From: Candidatus Zixiibacteriota bacterium
Lineage (GTDB): Bacteria; Zixibacteria; MSB-5A5; GN15; FEB-12
Direction: 5' to 3'
Length of the DNA stretch: 64,000 nucleotides
Assembly: GCA_034439475.1 (NCBI GenBank)
Contig: JAWXAN010000035.1
Span: forward strand, 5,908-69,907
Part shown: positions 37,060 to 45,204 of the stretch, piece after piece
Layout: every line of letters begins with the position of its first letter
How positions within the stretch are numbered: position 1 is the first letter of the stretch
Translations under genes and position numbers: made by a program
The notes under the pieces: model-generated
Told to the model about the DNA's origin: nothing
Seen by the model: the letters and a program-made list of their open reading frames with translations, nothing else
Databases searched by the model: none

Positions 37060-38742
37060 CTATGCCTTGACCAGTTTCCTATACCTATTTCTGCGGTTTT
37101 CAAAGAGTTTGCCGCCAAGTTCTTTGGCGCGCCAGTCTTCGTAATCGCGGAAATTGCCGGTGAACCACCTGACTTGACCAGCCCCCTCAAAGACCAAAAG
37201 ATGGGTGCAGATTCTATCGAGAAAAAACCGATCGTGGCTTATCGCAAGCACGCAGCCGCTGAAATTTTGAATCGCCTCTTCGAGCATGCGAAGGGTATTG
37301 ACATCAAGGTCATTTGTCGGTTCATCGAGAAGCACAACATTGCCGCCGACTTTGAGGACTTTGGCAAGGTAGGCGCGGTTGAGCTCTCCGCCCGATAGTT
37401 CTGTGACCTGTTTTTGCTGATCAGAACCTTTGAAATCAAACATAGAGAGATAAGTACGTAACGGGATTGCTCGTTTGCCTATCATAATTTCTTCGGCTCC
37501 TTCGCCAATTTCCTGCAACAGGCTTTGGCCAGATTTGAGGGCCTCGCGGCCTTGGTCGGCATAAGCAAATTTAACCGTGGAACCGATTGACACCTGCCCG
37601 GAATCAGGTTTCAAGTTTCCCGTTACCAATTTGAGCAGAGTTGTTTTGCCAATTCCGTTCGGCCCTATAAGTCCGACAATTGCCCCTTTGGGAATTGAAA
37701 AACTCACATCATCAATCAGCGGCTCTCCGCCGAACCCTTTGGAGACTGATGCAAACTCAATAACTTTATCGCCGAGTTCCGGGCCGGGCGCGATTTGAAT
37801 CCCGGAAACATCATCCCGTTCCTTTGATGATTTCTCACGCGCAACCAACTGCTCATACTCAATAAGGCGGGTGCGGGTAAGCTCATGTTTATCTTTGTTG
37901 CTCATCTTAATCCAGGCCAACTCGCGTTCGAGCGCGCGTCCACGATGACTTTCTTTTTTCTCAGCCGCGGCGAGTTTACCGAGCTTTTGTTCTAACCATG
38001 AAGTATAGTTTCCTTCGTAAGGTATCCCCTGTCCCATATCGAGTTCCAAAATCCATTTGGTAATATTATCCAGAAAGTAGCGGTCATGGGTGACAATGAT
38101 AACTGTACCGGGATATTCGCGGAGCTGGTTTTCGAGCCAGTCGACCGTTTCGGCATCAAGATGGTTGGTCGGTTCATCGAGAAGGAGCAAATCGGGACGT
38201 TCCAAGAGCGCCTTGCACAGCGCGACTCTCCTGCGTTCACCGCCGCTCAGGGTTTTTACCACACGCTCATCATCGGGCAAACAGAGGGCGTCGCTTGCCT
38301 GATCAAGTTTTTGATCCAAATTCCAGGCATCGGCGGCATCGAGTTTATCCTGAAGTGTCGCCATTTTATCCATTGCGGCAGTCATGGCATCATCAGACAT
38401 CGGTTCGGCAAGTGAGGCGGTTATTTTGTCATAATCGGCCACCAGTTTCATCGTCTCGGAAAAAGCCGATTGAAGTGTCTGGCGAACCGAGAGCGAGTCA
38501 TCGAGTTTAGGCTCCTGCATCACAATCCCGGCGCGATACCCTTTACTGAGTTCAGCCTTGCCGTTGAATTCCTGGTCAATTCCAGCCATGACTCGCAGGA
38601 CGGTCGATTTTCCTGAACCGTTTGAGCCGACGATGCCGATTTTGGCGCCGGGATAAAAACTGAGATAGATATCTTTGAGGACATGCTTCTGGCCGTAATG
38701 TTTGTTCAGGCCAGCCATCGTGTAAATATATTGTTCCGCCAT
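37060..38742 (-). CDS. ettA: energy-dependent translational throttle protein EttA (ABC-F)
   Basis: 560 aa with two ABC cassettes (GSNGSGKST, LSGGERRR, LLLDEPTNHLD; GPNGIGKTT, LSGGE, VLLDEPTNDLD) and an EttA-like N-terminus MAEQYIYTM. Confidence 0.93.
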   Translation of the reverse strand: MAEQYIYTMAGLNKHYGQKHVLKDIYLSFYPGAKIGIVGSNGSGKSTVLRVMAGIDQEFNGKAELSKGYRAGIVMQEPKLDDSLSVRQTLQSAFSETMKLVADYDKITASLAEPMSDDAMTAAMDKMATLQDKLDAADAWNLDQKLDQASDALCLPDDERVVKTLSGGERRRVALCKALLERPDLLLLDEPTNHLDAETVDWLENQLREYPGTVIIVTHDRYFLDNITKWILELDMGQGIPYEGNYTSWLEQKLGKLAAAEKKESHRGRALERELAWIKMSNKDKHELTRTRLIEYEQLVAREKSSKERDDVSGIQIAPGPELGDKVIEFASVSKGFGGEPLIDDVSFSIPKGAIVGLIGPNGIGKTTLLKLVTGNLKPDSGQVSIGSTVKFAYADQGREALKSGQSLLQEIGEGAEEIMIGKRAIPLRTYLSMFDFKGSDQQKQVTELSGGELNRAYLAKVLKVGGNVVLLDEPTNDLDVNTLRMLEEAIQNFSGCVLAISHDRFFLDRICTHLLVFEGAGQVRWFTGNFRDYEDWRAKELGGKLFENRRNRYRKLVKA

Positions 38743-38978
38743 TAGAAATTCCCTAAAAATGAGACTGTTAGCTGTTTAATTCAGGCCCGCCCGCCCGCTA
38801 ATGGTGGGAAGGTAGCGATAAGCGGAATCTTGCACAAGTGATTTACTGATGAGATATACAGCCAGTGCTTTCTCCGTTCAAAGAGCCTCAAACGCCGGAA
38901 AAAATGTGATGGCAGAACCTCCTATTATGATGTAGACTATGGCAAATAAATATCAATTCATCAACGTGTGAGGAGACT

Positions 38979-39482
38979 ATGTTTACAACAGTCGACGATT
39001 TCGCAAAATCATGGCAGAATGAATCTGGCAAAACCCTCAAACTCCTGCAGACGCTGACCGATGCCTCCCTATCGCAAGCTGTCGCTTCAAATCACAGGAC
39101 ACTTGGAAGAATCGCATGGCATATCACAACCACCATTCCTGAAATGATGGGACAGGCCGGAGTTAAGTTGACCAAAGTTCAGGGCGGGGATCCGATGCCG
39201 CCAAGCGCGGATATGATCCGCAAACTCTATGACCTTGCCTCAAAAGAATTGCTGTCCAAGATCAAGTCTGACTGGAACGATGGCCTGCTTCACAACGAAG
39301 ACAACATGTACGGCATGCAGTGGAAACGGGGACTGACGCTCATGATACTTATCAACCACGAAGCCCATCACCGCGGCCAGATGACAGTTCTCATGCGCCA
39401 AGCGGGACTGCCGGTGACCGGCGCATACGGGCCATCGTTTGAGGAATGGGGCGGCATGGGGATGAAACCACCGGTGATCTGA
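38979..39482 (+). CDS. DinB family protein
   Basis: 167 aa with DinB-like four-helix spacing of His residues (WHITT ... HEAHHRGQM). Confidence 0.75.
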   Translation: MFTTVDDFAKSWQNESGKTLKLLQTLTDASLSQAVASNHRTLGRIAWHITTTIPEMMGQAGVKLTKVQGGDPMPPSADMIRKLYDLASKELLSKIKSDWNDGLLHNEDNMYGMQWKRGLTLMILINHEAHHRGQMTVLMRQAGLPVTGAYGPSFEEWGGMGMKPPVI

Positions 39483-39671
39483 TTTTCGCGAACGAGTATT
39501 TGAATTGCTGAGTTAATTCGTAAGTCAGTCCCGCGGCGGCGGGGTATCCAGGGTAAATAGTCGTGCACTCCACCTCGCCGGAATGGGGTACCCGAATCCA
39601 CGCAGTCATTTCGCAGTGAGTCGTTGCGAGGAACGAAGTGACGAAGCAATCTCAGTTCTCCGATATTCGTA

Positions 39672-39767
39672 GGTCAGTCCGCCGCGGCGGACTGACCCCT
39701 TAAATTTTGTGCAGTCAGGCGCCCCCGCCTGACTGTCTAAAATGTGTCGGGTAGGGGCGCCCGACAC
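39672..39767. repeat. hairpin modules H3-H2-H1 in inverted order relative to 2340-2514
   Basis: GGTCAGTCCGCCGCGGCGGACTGACC (39672-39697, a perfect 26-nt palindrome), CAGTCAGGCG-CCCC-CGCCTGACTG (39712-39735) and GTGTCGGG-TAGGGGCG-CCCGACAC (39744-39767). Confidence 0.85.
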
Positions 39768-39799
39768 CACGTTGCACACACTCTGGCAGCGAATTTCGC

Positions 39800-39828
39800 T
39801 TGCTGGACTTCGAATGATGGCATATATA
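39800..39828 (+). promoter_or_regulatory. candidate promoter of the HEPN-NACHT gene
   Basis: TTGCTG (39800-39805), a 17-nt spacer, then TATATA (39823-39828). This favours the ATG at 39856 as the start rather than the upstream Met codons. Confidence 0.4.
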
Positions 39829-39855
39829 GCAGCGAGGAGTCATCCAAAATACAAT

Positions 39856-40140
39856 ATGACTGATATTAGTCCTAAGCTAAAAGGCAAGATTTCCGACTTT
39901 GTTGATACCAGCGTCCTACCTTTCTTAATCCAGAAATTCAATCCTTCTATCCCCACATTGTTGAAACAAGTTTTCGAGAATGACTATCTTTTAGACTCGT
40001 CTAAGCAGAAAAGCGATGCCGAGATCCGAATCCGAAAATTCGGCCACCTTGACCATGAAGATTTTCAGACTGTCCTAAAGATTGTCATTTTTCAGCAAGG
40101 AATTCAAGCTCGATCCGGCCGACATACAAGTTTTCTATGA
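39856..40140 (+). CDS. N-terminal half of a Swt1-like HEPN domain (5' fragment of a frameshifted HEPN-NACHT gene)
   Basis: This frame ends 48 nt after a T5 run (40088-40092). The sequence ...IRKFGHLDHEDFQTVLKIVIF continues naturally into SKEFKLDPADIQVFYDVKKFRDNALAH in the +1 frame. Confidence 0.55.
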   Translation: MTDISPKLKGKISDFVDTSVLPFLIQKFNPSIPTLLKQVFENDYLLDSSKQKSDAEIRIRKFGHLDHEDFQTVLKIVIFQQGIQARSGRHTSFL

Positions 40141-42823
40141 CGTAAAAAAATTCAGGGATAATGCGCTCGCACACAATCGCCGTCGCCAAGGCGGTACCCC
40201 TCGAAACGAAAGAGATTTTGCAACTGGTCTAGCCTCAATACCCAAAATGCTTGCAATTCTCTCAGCGCCAGAGGATTTAACTTCTAAGACTCATGCCTTA
40301 GAAGTGGAGTCCGTTCCTAGTGATATCAAGAAAACCCTTCAAGATAACTTCGATAGCGAGTCCCAACGGGCTGACTCTCCATCAGCCAAATCGGTCCACT
40401 CTAAGTCTTTCCAGTTTCCGCAAAACATTACTTGGCTGAGCCAAATTACTGAGAACCGCACTGGTTCCTTAACCGATAAGTTTGTCGGTCGCAAAAATCT
40501 GATGAACAAAATCGAAAACGAGGTGGTAGCCAGACACAAATCTTCATGGTTATTTTTTGCTCCACCTGGTTTTGGGAAATCTGCGATTGCGGCATCTTTG
40601 TTCGGGAGACTAAAACAACCACAGTGGCAACAAGGGCAACAAACAATTTATGTCGCCATTCATTATATCCTGTATAATGACAGCCTGACTCACGAGATCA
40701 TCAATATGGGGCTCAGCCTTGCAAAGCAATTGAGCGACTCATTGAATATGCCTATTTTTTCTCAAGAAGAACAACCACATCTCGATAGCGTTAACATTGC
40801 GCACTGGTTGTCTGACGTTCTCAAAACATTCTCTTCGCCGGAAAGAAAGTTTATCTTTATCGTCGATGGGATCGATGAAGCGCCTGATGGGACTAGATCA
40901 AAAATCATTGCCTTTCTCAAAACAATAGCCGAGTCGGGATTGGTCACTCCAGTAATTCTTTCGAGAGACATTAAAGAGTTCGACTGTGATCCGGATATGA
41001 CTTTAAGCTTCACAGATGAGGAACAACTAAAAGATATTTTTGATTACGTGAAACGTGAACTCGCTACCTGGCGTTCCGAAGAAATTCGAGAACAGTGGTC
41101 GAATGCAATTTCCAAGGCAACAGATGGCCAATTTATATATGCAAAGTACGTTGTTATTGGTGTTTTGAATGATATTTATCTAAACGTAGAGGAAATCGAG
41201 CAACTGCCAAAAAAATTGAAAGACCTGTATAAACGGACTCTTGATGACTTGGGGAAGTCGCACAGCGATGGAACAGTGTTTCTTGATCATATTGTTCCAT
41301 TTTTGTCGACATTGCTCGTATCCGAAGGTAGCGTATGGTTAGATGTTTTGGTGGCCATACTCGAACAAAGAGGCATAGATGCTCGGTATACGCAATCGGT
41401 TATTAGCAAACTAAGGCAATGGTTGCGGGATTATCCCGATTCACCGTCACACCAAATCGAGCTTTGCCACAAGACGCTCCACGACTTCTTGTTATTGGAT
41501 GAAGTGATCAGTTCAGAGCTTACCAAGGCACATTTAGAGTGGGCAAAGTACTTTATTGAGAATCTTGAGGAACAGGATCATTACGATCAGGTTGTCACAC
41601 ACATTCAAAAGGGCGGCAGTTCCGACCTTCTCATGGAATTACTTGGGAAGACAGATTACCTGAAAAATATTGCCATCGGCAAAAAACTTAGACCCTCGCA
41701 CGAAGACGAAGAAGAAGAAGATCGAGTGTGTTACCCCGATGAGACGGTCGATTACTTTCTTCATTTTTGGCTCCCAGCTATCGAACATCCTATATTTGGA
41801 GAGTATGGAGGAATCCCCTCGTTGGCTGGAAGAGGTGTTGACTGCTCATCACTTGTGCTTCGCTTCAGTTTATTTGATAAATTGTTTCGGTATTTGGACA
41901 AGATACCTGGAAGTATAATTAATTTGGCACAAATAAATCCCAGGCATTGTGAAGACATCCTTCCCTTGATGGGAAAACGACAACCTGAATACTTGGCACT
42001 TAGAGAATTGGGCGTTATTAACCTACCCTATTCTTTTGAGCAAACGCTCTTGAATCCGCGTCCCGGACAAGGTCTAATTTCAGGGGTGGATCGTTCTTTA
42101 AGAGGCACATCCGAACTGGTAACTGAGATTAGAAATATTGAGCCGGTAGAGTCAGAGTCCGCCAGTGCCCAGTTCTATCAACAGTACCACCAGTTGAGCT
42201 TGCTTCATAATCTGGTTTATGCACCTGACTGCATCGAATATTCCGCACTCGTTAGAACAATTACTCGAGAGGTAATTGGATCTATTATAGGGTGCATCAA
42301 TTCGGATGAAGATCCGATATTATATAAGCAATTCTATCACGTCCATCGCGGTGAAATGGTATTGAACTCGGATATTTTTCAAGACTACTGGTATTTTGTT
42401 TTGAAACGATGGCCAGATTTTTTCTTTGAGATATTGACGAATTTCGAACAACTTAGCGCCAGTGGCAGAATCCGCACTCGCAGACGGAGTTGTGATAGAA
42501 AGTGGAATGAGTACGAGGCTTTGAAAGTCATAAGCTGGGCGGTCGTATGCTACCTACCAAAACCCGAATTGAAGGACGCCATCGTGCGTCTTTCAAACAT
42601 TTTTCCTCCGTCGAACGCGTATGATAAAATATTCTCAAGTGGTCTCGATATCTTTCGGTATTGTTTTGAAGTAAGCGACGACGAATTATTCGAAACTATA
42701 GACCGACTAGCGCCGGGATTCAGCGATGTTGCAAGAGTACAATCCTCGAGGATGTGGTCAAAACTTCTTGAAGGAGAAAGGACAGACGTTGACTTCGTAG
42801 TACTGAGAGATTCGCTCAAGTAG
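40082..42823 (+). CDS. NACHT/STAND P-loop NTPase with N-terminal HEPN (R-x5-H) motif and about 500-aa helical C-terminal region
   Basis: 913-aa ORF that begins at a TTG. It carries the HEPN motif KKFRDNALAH, the STAND lead-in FVGRKNLMNKIE, Walker A APPGFGKSAIA and a NACHT-type Walker B FIFIVDGIDEA. The C-terminal half is unassigned. It is low in G+C (hand counts of about 30-48% per 60-nt line). Confidence 0.75.
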   Translation: MSFFSKEFKLDPADIQVFYDVKKFRDNALAHNRRRQGGTPRNERDFATGLASIPKMLAILSAPEDLTSKTHALEVESVPSDIKKTLQDNFDSESQRADSPSAKSVHSKSFQFPQNITWLSQITENRTGSLTDKFVGRKNLMNKIENEVVARHKSSWLFFAPPGFGKSAIAASLFGRLKQPQWQQGQQTIYVAIHYILYNDSLTHEIINMGLSLAKQLSDSLNMPIFSQEEQPHLDSVNIAHWLSDVLKTFSSPERKFIFIVDGIDEAPDGTRSKIIAFLKTIAESGLVTPVILSRDIKEFDCDPDMTLSFTDEEQLKDIFDYVKRELATWRSEEIREQWSNAISKATDGQFIYAKYVVIGVLNDIYLNVEEIEQLPKKLKDLYKRTLDDLGKSHSDGTVFLDHIVPFLSTLLVSEGSVWLDVLVAILEQRGIDARYTQSVISKLRQWLRDYPDSPSHQIELCHKTLHDFLLLDEVISSELTKAHLEWAKYFIENLEEQDHYDQVVTHIQKGGSSDLLMELLGKTDYLKNIAIGKKLRPSHEDEEEEDRVCYPDETVDYFLHFWLPAIEHPIFGEYGGIPSLAGRGVDCSSLVLRFSLFDKLFRYLDKIPGSIINLAQINPRHCEDILPLMGKRQPEYLALRELGVINLPYSFEQTLLNPRPGQGLISGVDRSLRGTSELVTEIRNIEPVESESASAQFYQQYHQLSLLHNLVYAPDCIEYSALVRTITREVIGSIIGCINSDEDPILYKQFYHVHRGEMVLNSDIFQDYWYFVLKRWPDFFFEILTNFEQLSASGRIRTRRRSCDRKWNEYEALKVISWAVVCYLPKPELKDAIVRLSNIFPPSNAYDKIFSSGLDIFRYCFEVSDDELFETIDRLAPGFSDVARVQSSRMWSKLLEGERTDVDFVVLRDSLK

Positions 42824-42864
42824 TTCTGATTTTATATCGAGCGCCGAGGTGATCAAATCCAAAT

Positions 42865-42913
42865 ATGAGATTGCCACGCCACGTCTAAGAAGTCGCGGCC
42901 CGCAATGACGGGG
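42865..42913 (+). repeat. cassette repeat copy 1 (ATGAGATTGCCACG...CGCAATGACGGGG)
   Basis: 46 of 49 positions are identical to 43299-43347. Confidence 0.85.
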
Positions 42914-43141
42914 CTGCCTGACCTACAATTATCGGAGAAGATGGATTCTCCGCCACGGCGGACTGGAATGACATGTGATAAAATTTCTTTGTCATCGCAC
43001 AAAGCGTCTCGACATTCGTTGGGACGGTGGGTATCAATATCGGTGCGCGACCGGGACGTCCCGCACGAAGACTAACACTGTCTGCCCACTTTCCCGCCGT
43101 GGCCGAGTGTGGTACAAGATTACGAGTGTAGTGTTTCAGTA

Positions 43142-43187
43142 CGTCATTGCGAGTTTCACTTTCTGAAGTGAAACGTGGCAATCTCAT
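43142..43187 (-). repeat. cassette repeat, inverted copy with a different internal hairpin
   Basis: The minus strand reads ATGAGATTGCCACG-GTTTCACTTCAGAAAGTGAAAC-TCGCAATGACG. The ends are the same as in the other copies, but the core is an unrelated perfect hairpin. Confidence 0.85.
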
Positions 43188-43298
43188 GTTCTCCGATATT
43201 CGTAGATCATACCTTCCGGTGCCCCTATATCCGTTCTTCGTGCGGGACGTCCCGGTCGCGCACCAAAGTTAAAGCGACGCTCACGGCAGCAGACTAAC

Positions 43299-43347
43299 AT
43301 GAGATTGCCACGCCACGTCTAAGAAGCCGCGGCTCGCAATGACGGGT
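43299..43347 (+). repeat. cassette repeat copy 3
   Basis: Direct repeat of 42865-42913. Its core contains the perfect palindrome AGCCGCGGCT. Confidence 0.85.
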
Positions 43348-43360
43348 TGAGGATTTAGTT

Positions 43361-43388
43361 TTAACAAGAGCAATCTGAGATGTATAAT
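43361..43388 (+). promoter_or_regulatory. candidate promoter of the 254-aa nuclease-like gene
   Basis: TTAACA (43361-43366), a 16-nt spacer, then TATAAT (43383-43388). An RBS AAGGGAGA precedes the TTG start at 43414. Confidence 0.5.
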
Positions 43389-43413
43389 ATGCATAGAATA
43401 AAGGGAGACAATT

Positions 43414-44178
43414 TTGGCCAAACAGACATTTGATCAACGAGCAGACCCAGCATCATTAGCACGGGCGAATAGACTACTCGCTGGAGTGGAACGACACGAA
43501 CTAGTGGCGACTAAATCAAATCCGCGTGAACAGTCTACTGTACCAAATTACTTTCTATCATTCAAGACTCGCGAAAATATTTGTATTGCAAATCTGTGTT
43601 TGTGGGATAACGGAACTGTGGCCGTAGAATTCCGACATCCCGACTTTCTCGCTCCAGAGCATTTGGACGATACAGATGTCAAACTTTACGGTAGCATGAG
43701 CTGGCCACAATATCGTTACCGTGATCACAATCGAGAAGCAAAGGCTTTAAGACTATTGTCTTCTTATCTCGATATGATAGGACCAGCCGTGCTTGCAAGA
43801 CAGGTGGCCATACGTGGATCTAGTAAGGCGGAGCGTTCTCTACGAAACAGACTAAAGGAGCTCTTTCCGACAACAAGCTTTACTTACAATTATCGCGGCT
43901 TCGACTGGTTAGGAAAATTGGAACTTGACATCGTACTAACTGGTGAAAATCTTGCAATCGAAGTTCAAGGAGAGCAACATTTCAAGCCAGTGTGGGGAGA
44001 AGAGCATCTTTTAAGAATTACGATAAACGATTCCAAGAAAGCGATGCTTTGTGAAAAGAATGGATTTTCTTTGATAAGAATTACAACGGCTCAGGCTCTC
44101 AGAATTTCGAATGAAGATTTAAAGGCGGTTGTTCAAAAAGCAATCACTAACAAATGCAGTCTGATCGATATAGGATAA
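43414..44178 (+). CDS. two-domain protein: unknown N-terminal domain + DUF559/Vsr-like PD-(D/E)XK endonuclease-like C-terminal domain
   Basis: 254 aa. The C-terminal block SKAERSLRNRLKELF...GKLELDIVLTGENLAIEVQGEQHF...NDSKKAMLCEKNGFSLIRI matches the DUF559/DUF2726/Vsr-type layout (helix, D, E-x-Q/K, H, and a C-terminal G..hhRh). The N-terminal 130 aa or so have no motif I recognise. Confidence 0.55.
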   Translation: MAKQTFDQRADPASLARANRLLAGVERHELVATKSNPREQSTVPNYFLSFKTRENICIANLCLWDNGTVAVEFRHPDFLAPEHLDDTDVKLYGSMSWPQYRYRDHNREAKALRLLSSYLDMIGPAVLARQVAIRGSSKAERSLRNRLKELFPTTSFTYNYRGFDWLGKLELDIVLTGENLAIEVQGEQHFKPVWGEEHLLRITINDSKKAMLCEKNGFSLIRITTAQALRISNEDLKAVVQKAITNKCSLIDIG

Positions 44179-44196
44179 ATTCGAAGAATACCCCCC

Positions 44197-45204
44197 CTAC
44201 TCCAGCGTCTTCACCCTCTCGACCAGCGCGTTGAAAATATCAGGTCTTGACTTGTCATTGCCAGCAATTCTATATTCTTTCAACGCCTGCTTTAATGTCT
44301 CAACACCCTGTTTCGTCTTGCCCAGCCCAATCTCAATTTCGCCCATCTCCTCAAGCGCCTGAGCGATGGCATCATGGTCTTCCAGCCGCTCCGCCCAAGC
44401 CAGCATCGGGCGAATCCATTTTGCGGCCTCGTCATATTCCCCCAGATGGCGATAGGTCATGCCTATGTGATAATCGGCAAACAGTTTCGAGCGTTCAGCC
44501 GAATGACGCCAGTGGTATTCGCGCGAAGTGATATAGGCCGCAAGCGCACTATCATAGGCTTTCATCTCATAAAATGTGGCGCCAAGATTATTCCAAAGCG
44601 GCCCAAGCCAGCTTGGGACTTCGCCTTCCTCGGCGGCGGCGATCCCCTGTCGGCTCCAATCGATGCGCTCTTCGGGTTTCTCGCAGACAATCGCAAGCAT
44701 ATTTGCGGCATCGACCGCCCGCGCCCAAAGGTTGTTGGTTCGACAGTATTCATGCAGTTCCATAAACGTCTCACGGGATTTGGGAAGGCTGTCCTCTTTC
44801 CATTCGAAGCGTCCCCGCACACTCAAATACCGACTCCAGCCCATCTGGTCACTCTGATTGGCCCGAATCTTCGCTTTTTCAAGAATAGGTCGGCCTTCTT
44901 CAATGCGGTTCAGCCCAATATACATACGGGCCATCTGTGAAAGGGCCTCGGTCTCAATTGACGGATTGAACTCTTTGCGGGCCAGCGCGGCGGCCGAATC
45001 GTATTGTTCAAGCGCGGTCGCATAGTCGCGCTTTTGAAAGGTCGAGTCGGCCAGCTTTAACAGTGAATCGGCAGTGATTTCAGCCTGTGGATCAATCATA
45101 GTTGCCTTGTTTGGCTTGGATATTCGGTCTATTGCATCTGCTGGCGCAATAAATATGGCGGCTATGGCTAATACGATAGTGCCGATGGACACGAAAAGTC
45201 TCAT
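44197..45204 (-). CDS. secreted tetratricopeptide-repeat protein
   Basis: Start at 45204 (RBS AAGGAG), signal peptide MRLFVSIGTIVLAIAAIFIAPADA, then several TPR-like A/Y/L repeats. Confidence 0.7.
   Translation of the reverse strand: MRLFVSIGTIVLAIAAIFIAPADAIDRISKPNKATMIDPQAEITADSLLKLADSTFQKRDYATALEQYDSAAALARKEFNPSIETEALSQMARMYIGLNRIEEGRPILEKAKIRANQSDQMGWSRYLSVRGRFEWKEDSLPKSRETFMELHEYCRTNNLWARAVDAANMLAIVCEKPEERIDWSRQGIAAAEEGEVPSWLGPLWNNLGATFYEMKAYDSALAAYITSREYHWRHSAERSKLFADYHIGMTYRHLGEYDEAAKWIRPMLAWAERLEDHDAIAQALEEMGEIEIGLGKTKQGVETLKQALKEYRIAGNDKSRPDIFNALVERVKTLE

Noticed and set aside
40081-40095. Programmed +1 ribosomal frameshifting as the explanation for the split HEPN-NACHT gene
   Set aside because: Kept only as a remote possibility. 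I see no known +1 shift signature, such as a rare or stop codon in the 0 frame next to a slippery site with a stimulatory SD. The 0 frame continues for 16 more codons. A homopolymer indel, real or technical, is the simpler reading.
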